DNA of 64,000 nucleotides from Epithemia pelagica (Eukaryota; Protista; Bacillariophyta), in assembly GCA_946965045.2 (NCBI GenBank), contig OX337230.1:4216001-4280000 (forward strand), read 5' to 3'. This document shows positions 45,469 to 56,314 of the stretch, piece after piece. Positions within the stretch are counted from its first letter, which is position 1; the number at the start of each line of letters is the position of its first letter. A program made the position numbers and the translations under genes. Under the pieces are notes generated by a model that had not been told where the DNA came from, ran no database searches, and saw nothing but the letters and a program-made list of their open reading frames with translations.

Positions 45469-48131
45469 ATGTCTCGCCACATTTCCATGATTGCCGTCCA
45501 TGAGGGCCATCAACATTCTCCATCGACAGATCATCATCATCATCATCATTCGTTGCATCCCCATCATCATCCTGCACATCACGCAACGACGGACCGGTAT
45601 TCTCTCAACACGGTTCCACAAGTCAATACACAAGACTTTTTGGATTTGATTTCTCTGTATTCGCACGATCATGACAACAAGAGTATGGGATCACGACGCA
45701 ATAGCAGTCATGGCAGTTTGTTTGTCGTTGATCCAGATGCGGGCATTACACCGGGATCTTCACAGCATCAGCACTGTCACGTTGTCTTGCGACGGATGCA
45801 ATACTTGACTTGTGTGGCGGCCCTGGGAGGCTTTTTGTCGGGCTACAATACCGGCGTCATTTCTGGTGCGCTGTTACCACTCACGCGAGTCTTTGATTTG
45901 ACACCACTCCAAGAAGAATCCATTGTCAGTGCCACCATTTTGGCCGCCTTTTTGTCCTCTCTGGTATTGGGAGGCATTTTGAATCACTGTGTCGGACGCA
46001 AACGGACGATTTTGACGGCCGCCGTCTTGTTTGTGGTGGGCAGTCTCGTCTTGGTAGTAGCTCCGTCCTTTGCCTGGTTGGTGGTGGGAGAAGTCGTATT
46101 GGGCATTGGCATTGGCTTGGAATCCTTGACCAATCCCATGTACATTGCCGAATTGTCCAAACCCACGCTTCGGGGCATGCTCGTGTCGGCCTATGCCTGG
46201 ATGATGTGCTTTGGACAATTTTTTGGTACGTTTTCGTTGTTGTTTGGTTCGCTTTGGGGTGCTGGAGAGTGTCTGGTTACTGGTGTGCAATGTCCAAACT
46301 TGTGTTCGAGATGGAAAAAAGGCATTCTCGTGTCATGTTGACCAATACACTGTGCGAGTGTGTATGCACTGGAGGAACTTGTATGGAATTCTCTCAGTCA
46401 TGCTTTTTGTTTCTGGTGTGTTTTGGTTTGCTTTTTGTGGTGTATCGTTTCTCTATGACGAATATCTATATCTCTATAGCCGGTATGGTGGATGGTGTTT
46501 TTGGTCCCTACGACAATGGCTGGCGATTCATGTTTGGAACGGCCGTCTTGCCCGGCACTCTCATGTTTGTGGGATTTTGGGGCTTGCCCGAATCTCCCGC
46601 CTGGCTCTTGGCACAAGGTCACTGGCAGGAAGCGACGGGCATTTTAAAACGCTTTCGCGATACGGAAACACAAGCCTTGGAGGAAACACAGGATATTCAA
46701 GAATCCTTACGACAACAACAACAACAACAATCGAATCCGTCCTTGCAAGCACAACATCTTCCTCTTGTGGTGCACGACGACCACCACAACAACAATCATG
46801 CCCACGATACCGACGATACGGATACCGAAGGGGACGATGAGGACACGTCGTTGAGTGCCATATCACCACCACCACGAACAACCAACAATAACAGCACGTC
46901 GACTCTCTGGCACTTGTTTTGCTCTCCGTCTTTGCGTCGTGCCTTGATTGTGGGTTGTTCCCTCATGGTCTTGCAACAATTTTGTGGTGCCAATGTCGTC
47001 ATGTATTATTCGGCGACGGTCTATCGTCGATCGGGCTTTTCCGAAGTCACGGCACTGTGGTTGTCGGCCGTGACAGCCTTGGCGCAATTGATTGGGTTGG
47101 CCTTGAGTTTGGTACTGGTGGAAACGGCCGGACGACGACCCTTGGTCCTGGTCAGCTTTTTCGGCGTCGCCCTGTGCTTGTTTGGATTGGGCGTGGCCTT
47201 TTATGGCGCTCGCGTCACATCGCCCCTCGTGGATCGGTCCACGAGTGATGCCCAATGCTTGTATCAACCCGCCCTCGTCTGGAATGGTATTTCCAAGTAC
47301 TGTTTGGATTGTACCATGATGGAGGGATGTGGCTATTGTGGAGGAGCCTGTCTGGTGGGAGATCGAAATGGTCCCACGGGTGGCGGCGGCGATTGTCCGG
47401 CCGCTTCAACCTGGCACTATGAAGAATGTGACATTCCCACGTCGATTGCCTGGATGCCCGTCGTGTTGATGGTTTTGTATTTGATTGTCTTTGGCGTGGG
47501 CGCGGCTGGATTGCCCTGGACCATCAACAGTGAACTTTATCCCGTCCAATACCGCTCCTTGGCCGTGGCCATTAGTACCGGCATGAATTGGTTGTGCAAT
47601 CTCATCATCAGCAGTACCTTTTTGACCATTAGCGATGCTCAAGTCTTGACCTTGCATGGAAGTTTTTGGTTGTACAGTTTCATATCCCTTCTGGGAGTCG
47701 TTTGGTTGTATCTCGTCTTGCCCGAAACCAAGGGATTGTCACCCGAAAAGATTGAACAGTGCTTTGCCACCACTCATCATTCTTATGCGGATCCGTATCA
47801 TGGGTATCATGAAAGGAACCAGTATTCCAACACGTGCTGGCACTGGTGGAGGTCCCTGCTCTCCCACTGCTCGTCGTGTCTTTGTCGTCGTCCAAGGACC
47901 ATGACCCGCGACACATGGCCCGAACATGGTAAATGTTTGGTCATGGCGGAATCGGAAATCATGGAACGGCACTACGTGTTCTACGGCTCGACAACAACAA
48001 CAACAACAAGGTTGGAGATGAGACAAGGAGACCAAGAACCCTTTCTTCCTCCAACGACGGCCAAAGATTTCCTTCAAGACAACAATGATGATACACACGA
48101 CGACACGAACGGCAATGCTCGATATGCGTAA
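45469..48131 (+). CDS. HMIT-like MFS sugar/inositol transporter, paralog 3; join(45469..46225,46480..48131)
   Basis: Same motifs as the other paralogs. Lacks the first intron (reads ..NPMYIAE.. contiguously) but keeps the second (46226-46479). Confidence 0.9.
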
Positions 48132-48635
48132 TGTCATTACACCATCACACATGCGTCCAACCCTCTCCCTATATCATGTATCAATGCTCGTCGACATGCC
48201 TACTCCTATTGCAATCCCATCCTACTCCGCCAATCCTCAGTGTGATTGTGTCCACAAACACCAGGATCCACCGTTCTTCTTCTACAGCTGTATATCTATA
48301 TATCCATGTACATAGTAATCCATCATAGACCAAGTATTCCAGTTGCGTGCTGCCAGTTGTAGTTCCAAAGAAGGCACGAGGTTCCACCCATTATTGCAAA
48401 GCAGACGAACTATATAGTACCCTATATAGTACTAAAGGTTTGGAGCATCACGGAATCTTATTCGTCTCAAACGAATATCTAAAAGAGAGTCTCCCATGTC
48501 ATCCGTGCATATACAAAAAGCCACGGGCTCCCTCCTCAAGAACCCCAAACACGGTTCCTTTGGTGTTGGTTCCTGCATTACGAATATACCTAGGAGTATA
48601 TGGTATGGCATACTGCTGGTGGTGTCGTACTACTA

Positions 48636-49895
48636 CTACTTGGGCGGACCAACGAGGACAATGTGCAAAAAGCGATCGGGATGATGCAAGGTATGCCAGA
48701 GTTGCACCATGGGCGTCTCCAAGGGGAGTTGCGCCAAACCAGCAATAATCCATTGGACCTGTGAAGCAGCCTGCCCGGGTGGATCCTTGTCATTCGTATC
48801 ACTACTGGTTGGTTGTGCAGCGAAATACTCACCCGCATGTTGGACCAAGAAATCGCCCAAGGTTGTCCAAGAAAAAGAGGAGTTGGAAGAGTTGGTGGTG
48901 AACACGGGACAGGGTCGTTGCAGGGGCGGTCGGTCGTGGATCAAGAGACGAATGGGAAGCTTGACTTGTAGTTGTGGGTGTGATGAGGATGAGGATTCTG
49001 GGAGGGTTGCCGTCAAGAGCGGTTGATCGTACTTGGTCCACCATTCCTCCTGTTGGACCTGCCGATAGTGCGTATAAGCGGCTGTACCACCACCTTGCAG
49101 TGTCGTCGTTGTGGTTGTTGTATCATCACCGAGAATGGCGTGCCACAATCGTCCATGTTGTTCCTTGCTCAGTTTCAAGGCCGCCTTGGCCGATCCGGTT
49201 TGGATCGACAAGGCTTGTTTGAGCGAATGCTTGTAATAGTATCGAACTTGTTCCAACACGCTATGGTTGTGAATGGGCTGCCAAAAGGGCAAGAGTTGAG
49301 TTTGGGGATACAAGTTAAAGTGCAAGGTAATCTTCCACGGCAAGAATTTGGTCGTCGTCGTGTCAGTGATGTTGCTGTTTTTGTGAAATCTCACGGTATC
49401 GTACAAGACACCGGCAAACAAGTGCCATCGAAGCGGCGTTTGTGTTTCGTCATCTTCAAACCAACAAATGGGATAGGTCCATTCCTTCTTTGGAGTCTCC
49501 TCTGGTGGATCTTTGGTAATACCTTTTGGAAACTTGTTGTCGCTATCGTCGGTCTCTTGGAGACTGATGGCGCCTGGTTCCGGTTCGGTGCGTCGAATGG
49601 TTTGGTCCTGCTTCGGAGCAGTGTGGCTGTCTGGTTGGGAACCTGCTGCTGCTGCTCCTGCCGTGAAGAGGGTGAGGAGGGGTGCAAAGTCTTGCAGTTG
49701 GTACACCACGTCGCGGAGTGCGACATGCAAATAGGCATGTCGTGACACCAAAACATGGTGCGGTGGAGGAAGCGTCGGAGACGACAAGGAACGGTTGGAT
49801 AATCGAACCACGACGGGAATGGCACCGTCCCAATTCTTCTTTTGGGCAACAACCGAGTGTGAGGAATCCGAGTTGGTGGTGGTGGTGCTGGTCAT
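48636..49895 (-). CDS. ATG5: Autophagy protein 5
   Basis: WDGAIP, SRHAYL, WFE...PLRWHLFAGVLYD, PWKITLHF, SLKQA (conjugation Lys region), and C-terminal P..QLWHTLHHPDRFLHIVL. Start at ATG 49895 is inferred. Confidence 0.9.
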   Translation of the reverse strand: MTSTTTTNSDSSHSVVAQKKNWDGAIPVVVRLSNRSLSSPTLPPPHHVLVSRHAYLHVALRDVVYQLQDFAPLLTLFTAGAAAAGSQPDSHTAPKQDQTIRRTEPEPGAISLQETDDSDNKFPKGITKDPPEETPKKEWTYPICWFEDDETQTPLRWHLFAGVLYDTVRFHKNSNITDTTTTKFLPWKITLHFNLYPQTQLLPFWQPIHNHSVLEQVRYYYKHSLKQALSIQTGSAKAALKLSKEQHGRLWHAILGDDTTTTTTTLQGGGTAAYTHYRQVQQEEWWTKYDQPLLTATLPESSSSSHPQLQVKLPIRLLIHDRPPLQRPCPVFTTNSSNSSFSWTTLGDFLVQHAGEYFAAQPTSSDTNDKDPPGQAASQVQWIIAGLAQLPLETPMVQLWHTLHHPDRFLHIVLVGPPK

Positions 49896-50450
49896 GGTGG
49901 TGTTGTGGTTGGTTCTTGTGTGTGTGTGTGAGAGAAACGATTGGGAAATGCAAGGGTCAGAACGACAAGCGCAAGATGATGGCGGTGTAGAGTGGAGGAT
50001 GGAAGGTTTTACAAGGAGGCAAGAAAGAATTGGCAAGAAAGACGCCAAACAAGAAAGAACGCCATGGTGTGTGCGTCTCCCCAAAAATTCTCACACACTC
50101 CGTCGGATATAGAATCGCATGTAGATCGCGTTTGTAAGAGCGCCGGCATGTGCTCTGAAGCAAGACCAAAACCGCACCCCGGATCGGAGGAAGAGGTGCC
50201 AAAAATTCCCGCCGACTTTTTCCCCACACAACCAAAGATTTATACCATGTGATTGATGCATTCTTTGGGTGGGAAGAATCCAATTTTTGGTGGTCTCTCT
50301 CTCCGAACAACAACAACAACAAGCCAGCGAACCGCCAAACCAAAGAGCCAAACCAGAAGGAGAGTGTTTCGGCAATCATCATTCCCTTGTGTCTGTTCTT
50401 TGAGAGCAGGAGGAGCTTTTGAAACAGTCCTTTCTATAGATACTAGAATC

Positions 50451-51869
50451 ATGAACGCTACTGGAGGAGGAGGAGGATCTCCACCACCCTCCCCGCTTCG
50501 TGGAGATGCGCCCACTCTCTCGACGACGGCCACAACGACGCACTTTACCTTGGTGGTCGATGACAGTCCTTCCCCGCAACGACAACAACAACATCGTCAC
50601 CACTTGTCTCCTGGTCTCTTGGGCCATGTCAAACAGCACAAGCACAAGCAAGCTCGCATTTTGGGATGGGACGATACCATTCGCACACTCGACAGTGACG
50701 AGGAGGATGAAGCCGACTATTCGGAACCAGTCCATGTCGTGAGTGCGGCACCAACGCCTCATTCCTGTTGGCAACACTGGAGTCGCACGACGGGTCGTCT
50801 CGTACGCTCGCAATGGTACAAACGGACCGTCTTGGGTCTCATTTTACTGAATGCCATTTGCATGGCCGTACGAACGTGCGATTGGGTGCAACAACAAGAC
50901 GACAACAACAACAACCTGGTCGACTGGTCCAACGTGTTGGATACGGCGATTCGCGTCTTTCGTGTCCTTTTTACCGTGGAATTTGGCTTGGCCCTGAGTC
51001 ATTATCAACGCGTGGCCTTACGCCGGGGATGGTTGTGGTTGGATGCCGTCGTCTTGGTCTTGTCCTGGTGGGTCGCACCGAGCATGATGATTTTGCGATG
51101 TTTTCGATTGATTCGGGCCTTGCGCAAGGCCACTACCTTCCAAGTCGCCCAACTCAATCTCTTGGTCCAAGCCCTCTTGTTTGTCGTGCCCCAACTCTTG
51201 GCCGTCTTGCTGTTGGTGGGCTTGGTCCTCTTCTTGTTTGCCGTCATTATGACGGACTTGTATCAAGACGTTTACGACGACTTTCCCGACGCCTTGTCGG
51301 AGAATTATTTTGGACGCTTGGATCAATCGGCCTGGACCTTGTTTCAAATCATGACCTTGGATGGTTGGTCCACCATTGCCAATCAACTCATGACGGTGTA
51401 TCCCTGGTCGGCCGTTTTAATTGTCGTGTTTGTGATACTCACGAGTTTTGGTTTGGGTGCACTCATGATTGCCGTCATGGGACAAGCCTTGACGACCGTT
51501 GCGCAACAACGTCTCCACAAGGCCTTGCAAAATCAGCAACAGCAACAGCAACAACAAGATACTATCACTCCTTTGGATGCCGTCGTCGTGGATCCTAATA
51601 CGGCGACTGGACATGGTGTGACAGGAGACGATCTCGATCCCACTCTCAGCAGCAGTCATGCCGATGATCCTCACACACTGGTCGTCCTGCCGCCGACCAA
51701 GACCGTGTTGCCATCACCAACCTCCCAACACCAACAGCAGCAGCAGCTCGATCGACTCGAGGCCTCGATGCAACGACTGACTCAAACCGTCCAACAATTG
51801 GTCCTGGCGCAACAGGCCCTGCAACAGCAAACACTGCAACAACAAACACTGCAACAAGAACAATCATAA
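50451..51869 (+). CDS. Single-domain (6TM) voltage-gated cation channel, EukCatA/bacterial Nav-like; filter TLDGWST
   Basis: S4 LRCFRLIRALRK, pore YFGRLDQSAWTLFQIMTLDGWSTIA, C-terminal coiled coil. Intronless. Confidence 0.85.
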   Translation: MNATGGGGGSPPPSPLRGDAPTLSTTATTTHFTLVVDDSPSPQRQQQHRHHLSPGLLGHVKQHKHKQARILGWDDTIRTLDSDEEDEADYSEPVHVVSAAPTPHSCWQHWSRTTGRLVRSQWYKRTVLGLILLNAICMAVRTCDWVQQQDDNNNNLVDWSNVLDTAIRVFRVLFTVEFGLALSHYQRVALRRGWLWLDAVVLVLSWWVAPSMMILRCFRLIRALRKATTFQVAQLNLLVQALLFVVPQLLAVLLLVGLVLFLFAVIMTDLYQDVYDDFPDALSENYFGRLDQSAWTLFQIMTLDGWSTIANQLMTVYPWSAVLIVVFVILTSFGLGALMIAVMGQALTTVAQQRLHKALQNQQQQQQQQDTITPLDAVVVDPNTATGHGVTGDDLDPTLSSSHADDPHTLVVLPPTKTVLPSPTSQHQQQQQLDRLEASMQRLTQTVQQLVLAQQALQQQTLQQQTLQQEQS

Positions 51870-52064
51870 CGCGCCGCACTAGAGCACTCTACCCGACGAG
51901 TCGTACGAAACCAAAAAAACACCACCCAGAGACCATGGTACACAACAGACACACACACACAAAAGACCATGGTTTGTAAAACTGTATAAAAAATAAAGAA
52001 CCTGTTTCCTAGAGTATCTACCTTTTCGTCTTGGTTGTGGTTGGTTGCTCTCTCTCTTTCGTTC

Positions 52065-53501
52065 TCAACTCGTCGTCGTTCGTTCCGGCGGTTGTTGGTG
52101 TCTGGAATCGGTCGTGGAGCAGGATTCGGCAATTTCCACCGCGACATTGGCAGCCGACGATCGCAACGAGGCGGATCGCAGGGACCGGTTGCTGACATCC
52201 AACTTTTTGTGTTGGGCCAATTGTCGCGTCAAGACTTGCAAGGTCCGCAGGGTTTGTTCTTGCATGCTGGCCAATTCATCGACATAGGTTTCCAAGACAT
52301 CCAATTGTTCCCGGACATCTTCTTGCAAGGCCGGATGTTGGGATTCTTCACTGGGACTGGCTTCAAAGGTTCCATGCAATTTGGCGCGTTCTTCGTCTTC
52401 GAGAGCGGATACGGCATCGCAAATGACGGCAATAATGAGATTGACCACGACAAAGCCGGTAATAATGACAAAGGTAATAAAGGGCAACCAGGCCCAGGCG
52501 TACACGGCCATGACTTGACGGGCAATGTCGGCCCAATTGTCCAACGTCATGATTTGAAAGAGGGTAAAAAAGGTGTGATCGATCCGACCAAAGTAATTGA
52601 AATCCGTCTCGCCATCGTCAAACAAATCCTTGAACAATTGTGTAAACATGACGGCAAATATATACGACACCAAAAAGAGTAACAAACCAATCGCAAACAT
52701 GCGGGGAATCACACTAAAGAGGGCTATAGAATTGCAAAAGAAAAAGAAAAAAGAGAGAGGACAGCAAAGGAGACACCATGAGTACAAACACACTACCACA
52801 GACGAGTGCTACCCACCGGAATTCGGCGCCATCCAAACCGCAGAGCCAAGTGTCCGTTACGTACCGAGAATTAAATTTTTCATCACCTTGATGCGGGTAA
52901 TGAGTCGAAGGGCTCGAAAGATGCGAAAGGCTCGGACAATTTGGACGGAGGAAAAGGACCAACTGACGGTAATAATGATAAAATCAAAGGTTAACCATCC
53001 ATCCAAAAAGACTTGCCATCCATGATAGAGAAATTGCAAACCGAGTTCCATGGTGAAGATGATGAGAAAGATTTGATCAATCATTTCAAAGGCGGCATTG
53101 GCGATTTCGTTTTCTCGAATAAAATCAAAGGTTCCAATGCCCATCATAATGCCATTAATTCCAATCAAGGCGACAATAAAGAGTTGAACATCTTTGTTGT
53201 TGACAAACCGACCGGCAACTTGTCGCATTTCATGAAACTGATGCATCCCCGTCGCACAGGAGGCGGCACACCAGGCCAGAGTCAATCGTTCGGGATCGCT
53301 CCGAACGCGTCCTTCTTCATCGTTTCCGACATGACTGAGAGCGGAACGTCCCAAATCAATCTCTTGGTCCTCTTGTTGTTGTTGTTGTTGTTCTTGAAAA
53401 TTGTGGTGCAGCGGGGGTGTTTCGGAATACGGACTGTCACTGTTACTGCTAGGTAGTTCGGTAGTATGGACGGCGTTGGAGGAGGATGGATCCGACGACA
53501 T
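52065..53501 (-). CDS. Single-domain voltage-gated cation channel; filter TLDNWAD; join(52865..53501,52065..52723)
   Basis: S4 VRAFRIFRALRLITRIK, pore YFGRIDHTFFTLFQIMTLDNWAD, S6 FVVVNLIIAVICDA, coiled coil. Phase-1 intron 52724-52864 (GTACGT...ATAG). Confidence 0.9.
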
Positions 53502-54402
53502 TTCGTCGTGGGTCGTTTGCGATGCAGTCAGTATTGGAAGAATGGAATTCAATTCCCAGCAAACCAACCAATCAGGAGAGATGGAGACTGGAAGGGTGAT
53601 GGGGATGCTGCTGCTGCTTTATGGATTACCCAGAGATTTCTCTTGCACCACTGCAACTCCAAACAGTGTAACAGTTGGAGCGCTCTAGTATTCTGCTCTT
53701 GTGGTTGACTGTTGACTGTTGTAAGAGGCCCTATACACAATAACAGCAACAAACCAAGACAAGAAGAAGGGAGAGAGAGACGCGATGGTGTGAAGTTGAC
53801 GATGGTGTTGCTGCGTTGCGCTTGCACAACCAAAAGACGACAACCGACTGTCACGGACATTGTCCGTCTTGAAACTGTATAAGGTTGGTCGTGATCCCAT
53901 ATACCTACAGATTGTAGTATAGTGAAGACACGTCTGCCGATGTCATCCGGGGGCTTCTCTCACGCCCGAGCTTTTCGATGAAAATATTTACTATCAAATA
54001 TCGAACTGTACAATCACATTGTTGCTCTCGGTAGTATAAAGAATGGATGAAAGAGTACTAAGTAAGGGGAGTGAAGGACCTTGAAGCGACAGAAGACTGA
54101 CACGCATCGAAATGTTTTGTAGTTAAATGAAGCCGTGGCCACGCCACGGAAAGAAAGAAGGGCCATTTTCTCACAATTTTTATTGGCCTCCATGATAGAT
54201 ACATGCAACATACACATAGCAGAGCTGCCAATTCCCAATATCCAAAAAGTCGAGCGAGAATCACCACTGGTGCTTTCTCTGGCATCTATCTGCATCAAAG
54301 AAAACAAATCGTCTAAAGAAACGTAGTAGAAGTAGAAATCCGAACACCACAATCACAACAGCAACTATCAAAAGAGAACGACGATTGGAGACGCTCTCTC
54401 TC

Positions 54403-55952
54403 ATGTCCAGCTCGTCGCAACTCCATCTCTTGGCCAAAAACAAGGAATACGAATACGACGACGACGATGCTCAGTGTGAAGTGACCTTGGCCAATTCCGA
54501 AAGTCATCAATCCTTTCATCATTTGCTGCTGCACGAACAATCCTCGCAACGCTTTTCGGAACCACCACACGACGACGACGACCAAACAGTGCCCAGGGGC
54601 TCGGCCATGGTGTCGTCGTCCCTTCGAAGCGACAATGGTGTTCGTTCGTCGGGCAAAAGCTACTATTCGGACCATTCCATGCTCGACAATCCCTCCAAAC
54701 GGATACTGATAAAGGACAAGCTCAGCTCCATGGAACAACAAATTAACAGCCAAAAACAAAAGCCACATCAACAGCCAACACCAGGAGGAGGAGGCGGAAC
54801 CCATATTCACCATTCCGCTCTGCGCAAATTTTGAGACGCATGTGGCCGATTCATTAACCATTCACGAGTGCAAACGGGCATTATTGTGCTCATTGTCTTG
54901 AATGCCCTCTTGTTGGGCATTGCCACCTTTGACTTTGTCACGGACGACGACGAGGTCTCGCACATTTTTTCGCAAATTGACTTGTCGTTCTTGATTGTCT
55001 TTACCGTGGAATTGGTCTTGCAATACATTTATCGGGGTTGGCACTTTTTTACCGATTGTTGGCTCGTCTTTGACTTGGTCATTGTCTTGTTGTCCTGGTC
55101 CTTGGATTCCCTTTCAGTCTTTCGGGCCTTTCGTGTCATGCGAGCCATTCGGTTAGTCTCGCGTCTCAAATCGCTCAAAATTTATTACTCGCCTTGTTTC
55201 GTGTCGGTCCCAGTGTCATGGGCGTCTTGGCCCTGTTGGTCTTGATTTTGTACATTTATGCCGTGCTCTGTACCGAACTTTTTCGCGACTTGTACAAGGA
55301 GGGCTATACCGGCAAGGACTATTTTGGCAATCTCAGTTTAACCTGCTTTACCCTGCTGCAAATGGTCACGTTGGAATGGCAACGCATTGTCCGAGAAACG
55401 CAAGAAAAGTATCCCTGGGCCGGAATCTTGTTTGTCGTCTTTTTGGTCCAAACCAGTTTTATTCTGTATTCGCTCGTGATTGCCATTATTTGCGATGCCG
55501 TCAAGGAAACGGAACATTCCGACGAACATGAAGCGCAATTGCAAGAGGAACGGGATTCCCGGCTGCGATTGGCCCAACTCCAACACCACGTTTTGGAATT
55601 GACCCACCATCAACGACGGGCCCTGGATCATGTGGCCCAAGTATTGGCCCAAGTCCAAAACCTGGACGATGATTACGTCAAACAAGAATCGCTGACCCCG
55701 ACGGAACCCTTGTCGTCGGAATCGGATTCGTCGTCCGAAGGATTGGACGCTGCCCCCGAAGAGGAGACGGATGGATCCGAACCAGAAAAAGAACAAGAAG
55801 AACCATTCGTCGATTCCACCACTCAAGAGACGGTGGTGGAACCACCCCAAGGCAACATCACCACCACACGTACGAGAAGAAGAACAAGAAGAACCAATGG
55901 AAAGGACGACGACGATGAGGCAACCACAGGTTTGCTCCGAAAGGACGGTTGA
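54403..55952 (+). pseudogene. Single-domain voltage-gated cation channel, disrupted; filter TLEWQR
   Basis: In-frame TGA at 54832-54834 just before S1, aligning with Arg in the neighbouring paralog. A -1 frameshift in AAAA near 55177-55180 after S4 (FRAFRVMRAIRLVSRLK). Pore reads YFGNLSLTCFTLLQMVTLEWQRIVRE. Confidence 0.8.
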
Positions 55953-56314
55953 CGGCGCCCTTCTCCGGCAACTGCTGCATCTCTCCTCGGTTCGCTCACG
56001 AACCGGCAATTGCTACACTACACCCCACTGCCGTAGACTGTTTTAGACAAAAGAGGACGGAACGTTCTCGTCTCGAATGGTGTAGGAGTTCAAGGATCAT
56101 GAAACCATGTTGTGGGTTGATCTAAACTCATGTAGTAGTATATAGTATTATGATTAACTGGATTCGGATGGAACGTGTTCCTTCGATAGGAATCACCGCC
56201 CCACGAATCATGAATCGTGCATATAGAAAAAAAAAGTACCAACGGGCCCCCCTCGTGTGGGACTTGGGCCTTTATATTCTTGGTAGTCTCACATATTCCT
56301 CGGATGGATGCGGA

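Noticed and set aside
55170-55190. AAATTTA (RSV-type -1 slippery heptamer) at the channel-3 frameshift, suggesting programmed frameshifting
   Set aside because: The heptamer is not in the X XXY YYZ phase of the upstream frame, and the gene also has an upstream in-frame stop. A simple 1-nt loss in an A-run explains it.
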